A stretch of 51,410 nt of DNA from a virus (IMGVR_UViG_3300035703_000130:1-51410), one strand, 5' to 3'; counted from the stretch's first letter, positions 36,994-44,678 are shown. A program made the numbers and translations. The notes: generated by a model from the sequence alone, not told the origin.

Positions 36994-37263
36994 TTAGACA
37001 CCTCCCGTCTGATTCGTTTGGGTAGTATACGGGGTTGGACTGCCGTTGTCAACAAGTTTCCCGTCGAGTGCGCCCGAAGCAATCTCCCAAAGAATTTCTG
37101 TATAAGCTGCGTCTGGGTTAGTTTCATAATAAATATCTGAGTTCTTGTAGTCCTTTGTATAGTTATTTATGAAGTATTGTCCAAATCTCAGGGGGCAATT
37201 TCCAAACGCTGTGTCTAGTCCCCATTCGTGCCAAGCTTTATTAAAAATATCTACAGATTGCAT
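36994..37263 (-). CDS. Hypothetical protein (LRFGQYFIN)
   Basis: ORF with upstream AAGG. Confidence 0.55.
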   Translation of the reverse strand: MQSVDIFNKAWHEWGLDTAFGNCPLRFGQYFINNYTKDYKNSDIYYETNPDAAYTEILWEIASGALDGKLVDNGSPTPYTTQTNQTGGV

Positions 37264-37360
37264 GGTAAACCTTTTCTCGTCCCCTCGAAATGGGACCCCT
37301 TTTTGGTCCCTATCGTGGGACCCCTTTCGATTTGACTTTTTTCTGATGACTTCAAACTAA

Positions 37361-37603
37361 CTAAAAATTGAAGTCTAGTTGCTCTTCTAAGTTGATAATA
37401 GTCAGTTCAGCATCATAGCCACTAAAATACATTTTAACCCAATCACGGCCCTCTTGTTTAAAAACCCAACCAACATCATCTATAAGGTAAACATCTCCTT
37501 TTTTGTAGGCGTAGTAACAACTATTTGTCACTAGGACCTTCTTATTATAGAAAGAAACTGGAATATGTTGACCCATAGGTTTAATCATGTTCTGACCTCT
37601 CAA
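37361..37603 (-). CDS. Hypothetical protein
   Basis: First gene of the leftward arm. Confidence 0.5.
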   Translation of the reverse strand: MRGQNMIKPMGQHIPVSFYNKKVLVTNSCYYAYKKGDVYLIDDVGWVFKQEGRDWVKMYFSGYDAELTIINLEEQLDFNF

Positions 37604-38637
37604 TCTCGTTGTGAAGTGTATCTCACAAGTGCTAGTGATTCGTCAAGCGATCATTTCCACCGTAGCCCTGCTCATTTCCCTCATGGGTGGGTATACCCTA
37701 GCTGGGTGGGGTGCTCATTTCCACCGTGGGGGTGAGCTTTTCCATCGTGGGTTGTGTTTTCAGGCTTTGACCCTAAACTTTTGTTTATGTGACATTTCTG
37801 CCAATTTGAAACAATTCGTGATTTGACAAAACATAAATGCAACATGTGTGACATTTCTGCAACTGTGTCTGATTCGCGACAGTGTGACAATATTGTTGCA
37901 ACACTCCCGATTGACTGACGAGTCATTGACTAGCGAGTCAGTGGATTTGGCCTGTCACATTTCAGCAACAAACGTGACATATCGGCAACATGGGTCTAGG
38001 ACGCGATAGAAAGGCCGCCAGAGGGGCGATAGGCTTGCCCGGTATCCTGACCTGAAAACTTTCGACTTGACAGGTTAGCGGCGAAATTGGGTTTTCCGTA
38101 TGTGATTCGGACCCACGACACACAATATCTTGTGCCTTTCGCTGCATTGCAGCATCACAATATTTCTGACTCTTTCGCTTATTGTAACATTCCGTTACCA
38201 GTGCCTAAAATTTAGACTCATCAAGTTTTGTGACAACACAGCTTTGTGATTTGCTGTAACAATAGCAAAGAATCATTTGACAAATTCAGAATCACTAGAT
38301 TAGGTCCGAAGCGGACTGATTCGCAGTCGTCCAGTCTCCCTGTTTTTTGCGAGTCGAGTGCCGACCCCCGCCGAGTCCCTGCCCGGTTCATACGAATCAA
38401 TATAATCGAGTATCCAGGCGGACACAAGCCCTTGTAACAATTCGTGATCTAGGGAAGCTGGCACATGACACTAAAGGAATCGGGCGCGCGCGTAGTCCAA
38501 CATCTAGGTGGAAGTCAATAGGGAATCGTATCAAAAATCAAAATATCCAGGAAACGTGACATTTTTACATCAGTTGTCCAGCTTGGCGCTATCTGGCAAG
38601 GTGCAGTTAATGAGTCGTCAACCCACGGAGTCACGCC
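37604..38637. promoter_or_regulatory. Large divergent non-coding control region with GANTC and TGT-N12-ACA-like arrays
   Basis: No credible ORF; about 17 GANTC sites; repeated TGTGACATTTCTGC and TCATTTCCACCGT. Confidence 0.7.
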
Positions 38638-40092
38638 ATGTCACATGAGTCGGCAATTCCCGAGAAGATTAAAAACGCTGAAAAGCTTTTGTCTGAAATG
38701 CAAAAGGTTCGGGCAAATTTTTATACTTTTACGACACGCTGGTCTTATTTTATTATGGATCATATCACGTTCCCATATCGCCAGCAAAATGTCCTTGATT
38801 GGGAATCCATCACGGGAATTGATGTATATTCGTCTTTCAATCGCTACATTGCCGCTAATTATGCGGATGGATACATTGAAGGATTCACTAGCCTTTCCGA
38901 TATTTACCGCAGACGTCCAGTCAAGGCGAAAGCTGGAAAATTCATCCGCAAAATATTCCCCTTTATGACGGACTCCGAAGTTGAAAAGGCAGTCCAGAAT
39001 CTAAAGGAACAATTCAGCCCACTAGAATTTGATATCGTTATGGGCAATGACGCGGAGTCGTTCCGTTATGCATACGTAACAGAACATACGCCTAAGCGGA
39101 GTCCTAAGTTTGAACGTGGCGACTATTACCCAAAGCGCCTTGATTGCTCGTGCATGAGAGGGGATAACTTTGAAGGCTGGAAACAGCATCCGGCCGAGGC
39201 TTATGCACATTCGGACCTTGCGATTGTTTACGCGAAACAGAAAGGCAAGGATTATATTGGCGCGCGTGTAATTGTCTGGCCGGATAAGAAAACCTGCCAA
39301 TCTATCTATACGGCGGATGATGAAGCGACTCGCGTTATTTCCGAATATCTGAAAGCTAATGGATATAAGGAAAGCGGAATCCGTGGCGCTAAAATGTCTA
39401 AGATTCATTATAGAGGCGATTATTACCTTATGCCGTATATTGACGGCGAGGATTTTGTAGAGGATTGCGAGGATCACTTTGTCATTGGGCAAGGTGGGAT
39501 TGCGCTGTGCGGCACTAGTGGACGTGTTAGCGTTGTTCCTATGGCCTATTGTGACGATTGCGGGGATATGTATGAGGAGTCCGAATTAGAGTCCATTAAC
39601 GGGGAATGTTATTGCCCATCCTGCCGCTATAACAATCTCATATGGTCGGATTTGATGGACTCCTATGTTCGTCGGGATGAAGTTTGCGAGTCTGGCAATG
39701 GCGACATTGCGACTAGTGATTATTTCGAGTCGAATGGGTATGTGATCGACTATCGCGGCACATATCAAGATGAGTCAGAATGTGTGGAATTTGACGACGA
39801 ATATTACCACAATACGGATCACTATATCAAATCTGTTGACGGGGAATATTATCACGAAGACTCCGACGAATATCAAACTGCCTTGGATTTGAAGGCAAGA
39901 AAGGACGCGGCATATCAGACAATCACGACAATTCAATTCGGATGGACTCAATCTATGGATTGGAATTGCCAAATCCCGAAAAGGACTCCGCATATGGGAA
40001 TCGTCACGACACAAGAAAGGGTATTGCGCGACAACTACCAACTAGACGAAAACGGAATCCCGGAAAGATTGCCGGAATTTGACTTCGCCTAA
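38638..40092 (+). CDS. Early SCM-motif protein with C-terminal Cys/acidic repeats
   Basis: AGKFIRKIFP, SCMR, HP..AY, GAR, MPYID, then CDDC...CPSC; GGAG RBS. Confidence 0.8.
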   Translation: MSHESAIPEKIKNAEKLLSEMQKVRANFYTFTTRWSYFIMDHITFPYRQQNVLDWESITGIDVYSSFNRYIAANYADGYIEGFTSLSDIYRRRPVKAKAGKFIRKIFPFMTDSEVEKAVQNLKEQFSPLEFDIVMGNDAESFRYAYVTEHTPKRSPKFERGDYYPKRLDCSCMRGDNFEGWKQHPAEAYAHSDLAIVYAKQKGKDYIGARVIVWPDKKTCQSIYTADDEATRVISEYLKANGYKESGIRGAKMSKIHYRGDYYLMPYIDGEDFVEDCEDHFVIGQGGIALCGTSGRVSVVPMAYCDDCGDMYEESELESINGECYCPSCRYNNLIWSDLMDSYVRRDEVCESGNGDIATSDYFESNGYVIDYRGTYQDESECVEFDDEYYHNTDHYIKSVDGEYYHEDSDEYQTALDLKARKDAAYQTITTIQFGWTQSMDWNCQIPKRTPHMGIVTTQERVLRDNYQLDENGIPERLPEFDFA

Positions 40093-40141
40093 ATCCAGGC
40101 GGAATAGCCTAAACCTGAAACTGAAAGAAAGTAGGAATAAC

Positions 40142-40357
40142 ATGGTAAAAACCTATCAACTGGCAATCCTTGGCGAGTATGGCAACAAGCGTTTCATTGG
40201 CCCTAAGATGACGCTAAATCAGGCAGAACGTTATCAAGCTGATATGACGGCGGGCGGATTCCCTGTTGTGATTGTCAATCGGGCGGAAGGCTTTGACCCT
40301 ACCCTTAAGACTGGCGGGCGGAAAGTCTGGCAACGTTTCACTCTCTTGACAGTCTAA
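40142..40357 (+). CDS. Early hypothetical protein
   Basis: ATG 40142 after AGGA. Confidence 0.6.
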   Translation: MVKTYQLAILGEYGNKRFIGPKMTLNQAERYQADMTAGGFPVVIVNRAEGFDPTLKTGGRKVWQRFTLLTV

Positions 40358-40375
40358 CGCAAACAATGCTAGGAC
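40346..40375 (+). promoter_or_regulatory. Sigma70-like promoter with nearby GANTC sites
   Basis: TTGACA...GCTAGGAC; GACTC and CGAATCA just downstream. Confidence 0.5.
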
Positions 40376-40429
40376 TCACTTGTGGCAAGCGAATCAACGC
40401 TTAGCCCATAACCTCGAAAGGCTAGAAAG

Positions 40430-40792
40430 ATGACGAAAGCACAAGACACCACCGCGGCCACCGAGTCGAATGTTCCGGCTGTTGACCTCTCGACTCTGTC
40501 GGTGAAAGAGCTTGCCGATATGCTGGCAAAGGCCCGCCAAGCCGAAAAGGCTAAGAAAGCCGAAGTTTCCAGCTTGCCGCAATTCGCCTATGTGCTGGTA
40601 ATGGAAGACTCCAGCCTTGTTTACTGGTCTGGACGTGCCGCTAGTGCAGCGGATGCAACGCAAGCCGCGATTGCCTATGCCGAGAGTGAAGGCAAGAAAG
40701 TGTTTGTTGATGGTGACGGACTCAAGGGGATTGCCGCGCGTCCTATTCCTCAACCCCGTGGTCGCAAGGCTAAGGCACAAGACGCAAGCTAA
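40430..40792 (+). CDS. Early protein with H-NS-like N-terminus and AT-hook-like C-terminus
   Basis: DLSTLSVKELADML, WSGR, PRGRK. Confidence 0.6.
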   Translation: MTKAQDTTAATESNVPAVDLSTLSVKELADMLAKARQAEKAKKAEVSSLPQFAYVLVMEDSSLVYWSGRAASAADATQAAIAYAESEGKKVFVDGDGLKGIAARPIPQPRGRKAKAQDAS

Positions 40793-40873
40793 GGATTATT
40801 GATTGAGGCGCTAGGGTATCAAGCCCTAGCGTCTTGAATGAGTGATCCAAACAAGCTGGAAAGGGAATGAGAT

Positions 40874-41023
40874 ATGAAGACTCTGTGCACTTGGGATAAC
40901 GTGGCTTGTATCGTGGACTCTGCCATTGCTAATCCATCCGAGTCCGTTGCCTTTGGTGCGGTTGTGATTGGCTTGGCTTTGATTGCCAGTCTTGCCTTTG
41001 CATCTTACTGGAAAGGGTTTTAA
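40874..41023 (+). CDS. 49-aa single-TM early protein
   Basis: MKTLCTWDNVACIVDSAIANPSESVAFGAVVIGLALIASLAFASYWKGF, read manually. Confidence 0.55.
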   Translation: MKTLCTWDNVACIVDSAIANPSESVAFGAVVIGLALIASLAFASYWKGF

Positions 41024-41025
41024 TC

Positions 41026-41097
41026 ATGGCTGGAGTCGTGGTGATCTTTGCAAGCTTGGCCTTCTGGCTTGCCTTGTTTGTCGCATGGCTGATTTAG
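41026..41097 (+). CDS. 23-aa hydrophobic peptide
   Basis: MAGVVVIFASLAFWLALFVAWLI, immediately before a terminator. Confidence 0.45.
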   Translation: MAGVVVIFASLAFWLALFVAWLI

Positions 41098-41126
41098 CTT
41101 AGCCTTTGTCGCGTGATCTATAGTTT

Positions 41127-41154
41127 ACCCCGCCTAGCGCGGGGTTTATTTTTG
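41127..41154 (+). terminator. Terminator of the early operon
   Basis: ACCCCGC-loop-GCGGGGT followed by TTATTTTT. Confidence 0.8.
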
Positions 41155-41632
41155 TCATATGTATTCACATATTCAAACCTGTATGATCCAGGCGGATAGG
41201 CCATAGGAAGGCCATAGAATAGGGGTTAGCCTTACACGGTATGGGGGTAGCGGGCAGGTCCTTAGCGGCCCTCTGGCGGCCCTCTCTGGCGCTGTAGCGG
41301 GGTATTGCAAAGGCAAGGGGATTCAATGGTCTAGGAATATTCTGGAATATATCTGATGAGTCCAGATACGCTATATTGACAGTGTAAAGATATAGCCAGA
41401 TTGGTAACCGAATCACTCCCCTATTTCTAAATTGTCAAGTAGAATCAGCATACTAGCGCATTATGTTCATATGTGTTGCACCTATGCCACTATGAGTCCA
41501 GATGTGTGATTAATGCAACAGGTCCAGGATTTCTGGTGCTATGATGCGATTGTCTCTTGACACGACAGCGGGAGTGTGAGTGGGACCCTCCAGATTATGA
41601 GCGGGTGATTCGCTGCGGTGTGGTTAGCAGAT

Positions 41633-41709
41633 ATATATCCAAGGAAAAAATACAAAGGTGTAATAATCTACAATGGGATATATCCAAGGAAAAAATACAA
41701 AGGTGTAAT
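41633..41709. repeat. Two 32-bp direct repeats, period 45 bp
   Basis: ATATATCCAAGGAAAAAATACAAAGGTGTAAT at 41633 and 41678. Confidence 0.9.
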
Positions 41710-41845
41710 GATTATGGCTAAAAGGTAACAATACATTTGTTTTTTGATTTGCTGCAGAATCTTGTCAAGGCCCACGACCAAAAAAAGAATCGTTTAGAAT
41801 CAACGAAAGATTGTAACCGATACAATATTTTTTGTAGGTCCCCTC

Positions 41846-41873
41846 TTGACAAACTCGCTTCGAGCACTATATT
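41846..41873 (+). promoter_or_regulatory. Promoter TTGACA-N12-GCACTATAT
   Basis: Shared layout with 43286 and 33741. Confidence 0.7.
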
Positions 41874-41990
41874 AAGACTCTAGTCTTTCAACCCATAAGA
41901 TGATTAGTTAATATAATAATTATTCATATACTAGAAATAACTATGATACTATAGTAACTAAGACTCTAGTATTAAGGATAATTCTAGAAT
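41874..41990. repeat. AT-rich AGACTCTAG/GATACTATAGTA block (origin-like)
   Basis: Shares motifs with 33870-33955. Confidence 0.55.
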
Positions 41991-42143
41991 CTGCTCAAGG
42001 CTCCTATAGAGTTGGTTGTGAATATTGATATTTTATAGGATTCATAACAGAATCTTGTATATTTCATCAATCTTATGTCGTGAAAGCGAGAATCGCTGTT
42101 GATTCTCATGTGTTTTATACGTTATAGCGAGAAAAAAGCCAAA

Positions 42144-42443
42144 ATGGTCGAAATTATACATGAATGGGGTGGTCCTCTATCATCTATCATATCTGTAGAT
42201 AGAAAAGGTCAATGTATTGACTTCATCTATGAGAACACAGTAGTTCCAACCCCCGGAGATTACCTTTCTTGGGACTACAACATTGATGGGCACATTCTTA
42301 CCATAGAAAATGCTATGGATAAGGTTCCAGATGGAATGTCAGTCACTCCACTGCCCGGTTGGGAAGCTGTCACTGAGCTTTCTGTCGTTGCACCTGATTG
42401 GGCCACCACTGTTATTACTATTTGTCAGCAGCTACTTGGATGA
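42144..42443 (+). CDS. Hypothetical protein
   Basis: ORF; likely ATG 42144. Confidence 0.5.
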   Translation: MVEIIHEWGGPLSSIISVDRKGQCIDFIYENTVVPTPGDYLSWDYNIDGHILTIENAMDKVPDGMSVTPLPGWEAVTELSVVAPDWATTVITICQQLLG

Positions 42444-43042
42444 GAGTATTAGTTGCGTGTGAGTATTCTGGTGTCGTGAGGCGAGCCTTTAGGGCCAGAG
42501 GGCATGAAGCTTGGTCTTGTGATTTACTGGATAGTGAAGATAGTAGTCCATTTCATTATAAGTGTGATGTGATAGAGGTTTTAGATAATTCCTGGAACTT
42601 AATCGTTGCTCACCCCCCTTGCACCTATTTGACTGTCGCAGCTAACAAATGGCTGTATCACCCAGAAGATAAGCATTTACCCGTTAGTGAACGTAGACCA
42701 CACCCTCAATACCCTACCAGACAACAAGATATGCTTGATGCGGTAGAGTTTGCCAAGATGTTCTATGATAAAGCTGAGAAGGTTGCTGTTGAGAACCCTA
42801 AAGGCAGATTGTCTACTTTATGGAGGCCACCGGATCAAATCATACAACCTTGGCAGTTTGGTCATGGTGAAGTTAAGGGAACCCACTTGTGGTTAAAGAA
42901 TCTGCCTAAACTCACTCCAACTGATGTTGTCGAGGGTCGAGAGGCTAAGATTTGGAAGATGGGGCCTAGAGAAGATCGCTGGAAAGAGCGTAGTAGAACT
43001 TATGAAGGAATTGCTAAAGCTATGGCGGAGCAGTGGGGCTAA
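42440..43042 (+). CDS. DNA C5-cytosine methyltransferase-like protein
   Basis: MRVLVACEYSG, AWSCD, AHPPCT (PC), ENP, RSRTY.GIA.AMAEQW; start refined to ATG 42440. Confidence 0.8.
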   Translation: MRVLVACEYSGVVRRAFRARGHEAWSCDLLDSEDSSPFHYKCDVIEVLDNSWNLIVAHPPCTYLTVAANKWLYHPEDKHLPVSERRPHPQYPTRQQDMLDAVEFAKMFYDKAEKVAVENPKGRLSTLWRPPDQIIQPWQFGHGEVKGTHLWLKNLPKLTPTDVVEGREAKIWKMGPREDRWKERSRTYEGIAKAMAEQWG

Positions 43043-43266
43043 TGGATAAAGATCAAAGAATCGCTGAATTGGAGGAGTTTGTGCAGAGACTACAGTGGGA
43101 AGTCAGAAATGCCTACTGTCTAGGTTATACTGCTGCTAAGCCGGGTAGAGGACAAAGTAAGATCAATCCCGAAAAGGGAGAATGGTTTGACCATTGGTTG
43201 TTGTCGAAATCCCGTCAAATGCTGGTAAATTGGGGTGTTATCGGAGAAAAAGACACCTATCGCTAA
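43042..43266 (+). CDS. Hypothetical protein
   Basis: TAATG-coupled start. Confidence 0.55.
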   Translation: MDKDQRIAELEEFVQRLQWEVRNAYCLGYTAAKPGRGQSKINPEKGEWFDHWLLSKSRQMLVNWGVIGEKDTYR

Positions 43267-43285
43267 AAATATTTTCATTCACCCC

Positions 43286-43313
43286 TTGACAAATCAAGAT
43301 TTCGCACTATATA
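43286..43313 (+). promoter_or_regulatory. Promoter TTGACA-N12-GCACTATAT
   Basis: Shared layout. Confidence 0.7.
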
Positions 43314-43438
43314 TACTAACATGAAGGGCAACCTACAGAAGTCCCCAACACTACGATTGATTTAGGCTCTCTCGTAGCCGATGCCCTTCTGATAACTTAA
43401 ACGGGCGGTATGCCCATAATCTTTAAAGAAAGCTTAAC

Positions 43439-43690
43439 ATGAAAAACTTCCTTTTTGCTACTGTCACGGCCTTCTCGCTTCTGGCTTTCCCGGCCCTTGC
43501 TTGTGAAACCAAAGCTGTCGCTGGCTCGAACTACACTGTGAAAGTTGACCCGACTTGTCAATTCGCAGATAATCGGGGTGGTGAAGGTTTCCTTTTCCTC
43601 TCGGTTGATGACGATCAAGACGTGACGACTCCGAACAAGGCCGCTGTTGCCCTGTCGAAGACCCCGGATGCTGTCGCGGTCATTAACTAA
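43439..43690 (+). CDS. Small exported protein (Sec signal peptide)
   Basis: MKNFLFATVTAFSLLAFPALA then mature domain with two Cys. Confidence 0.65.
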   Translation: MKNFLFATVTAFSLLAFPALACETKAVAGSNYTVKVDPTCQFADNRGGEGFLFLSVDDDQDVTTPNKAAVALSKTPDAVAVIN

Positions 43691-43813
43691 CTACTACTAA
43701 CTGAAAATACCTTTGGGGGTTGGTTGGATAAACCCCTATCTATTTTCTATCTGGCCCTTCCCTCTAGTGGCGCGCTTAGACTTTTGGTCGGGGTTAGACA
43801 GTAAATAGATTTT

Positions 43814-43888
43814 AGGGGTGATGCGATACAGTTTCGCCAGCGGTCTCCAAAACCGTCAGACAGGGTGCAAGTCCCTGCACCTTTGCCA
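43814..43888 (+). tRNA. tRNA-Trp(CCA), atypical T loop
   Basis: AGGGGTG/CACCTTT-GCCA, GCGGT-CTCCAAA-ACCGT, T loop TGCAAGT. Confidence 0.8.
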
Positions 43889-43892
43889 AATA

Positions 43893-43970
43893 TGCTAGGA
43901 AGGTGTTGTTGGTATACATTCCTGACTGTTAATCAGGTTTAAGCTTGGTTCGAATCCAAGAGTAGCAGCA
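43893..43970 (+). tRNA. tRNA-Asn(GTT), degenerate acceptor
   Basis: CCTGA-CTGTTAA-TCAGG, CTTGG-TTCGAAT-CCAAG; two acceptor mismatches, no encoded CCA. Confidence 0.7.
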
Positions 43971-44003
43971 TTAATCTTACCATATCATCTACGAAGGTAA
44001 ACG

Positions 44004-44417
44004 ATGAGTAAGAACACAGACTTAAAAACCAAACAGTTGGGGATGCCTATCGGCACAGCCTCTAACAAACTAAGAAAAAGTATACTTTGGAAGTATATAG
44101 TTTTATCAGGGGATAACTTCTGTTTCCAGTGTGGTTCTGAGATTATTAGTCAGGACGACCTATCCATAGAACATAAAATTCCGTGGTTACATTCAAAAGA
44201 CCCCCTATCTCTGTTTATGGATTTAGACAACATAGCTTTTTCGCACTTGTCTTGTAATGTCGGCGCTGCCAGAAAACAACAAGCCCCTCACGGAACACCC
44301 ACTAAGTATAACAAAGGGTGTCGTTGTGATCTTTGTAGGGTTGCTAATGCAGCCCGAGCTAAAAAAGACTATACTACAGATAAAAGACGAGAAAAATATC
44401 TGCGCTCTGGACATTGA
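44004..44417 (+). CDS. HNH endonuclease in tRNA cluster
   Basis: CFQCG...IEHKIPW...NIAFSHLSCN, C-terminal HGT...GCRCDLC. Confidence 0.85.
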   Translation: MSKNTDLKTKQLGMPIGTASNKLRKSILWKYIVLSGDNFCFQCGSEIISQDDLSIEHKIPWLHSKDPLSLFMDLDNIAFSHLSCNVGAARKQQAPHGTPTKYNKGCRCDLCRVANAARAKKDYTTDKRREKYLRSGH

Positions 44418-44603
44418 GCAGCAGCCATTCCCACCCTATGTTTGCCGTGTAGGGTTCGGAGTATCGCCGCTTTGTTTTGTTGGCTTTCTCAAGCGGAAAC
44501 GGCTAATATAAACTACCGCCCGAGTCGATTGTGACAGGATTAATAGAACCCGTTCTTGAAGGTTCCGGTAGTAATTATCCCCAATTATCCAGAAAAAATA
44601 ATT

Positions 44604-44678
44604 GCTGCCACGCGCACGGGTTGCGTCCTCCGCCTTCCAAGCGGTAGAGCACGGGTTCGAGTCCCGTTGGCCGCTCCA
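44604..44678 (+). tRNA. tRNA-Gly(TCC), atypical
   Basis: GCTGCCA/TGGCCGC-TCCA, CCGC-CTTCCAA-GCGG, ACGGG-TTCGAGT-CCCGT. Confidence 0.8.

Noticed and set aside
37611-38559. Short ORFs in the divergent control region
   Set aside because: No RBS, atypical composition, overlapping motif arrays.
41633-41709. Mini CRISPR array
   Set aside because: Only two non-palindromic repeats with a 13-nt spacer and no cas genes.
37600-42100. CtrA boxes (TTAA-N7-TTAA)
   Set aside because: No convincing full site was found by eye.
44440-44510. Hammerhead ribozyme around GCGGAAACGGC
   Set aside because: The CUGANGA core is absent and the cleavage-site base would be G.
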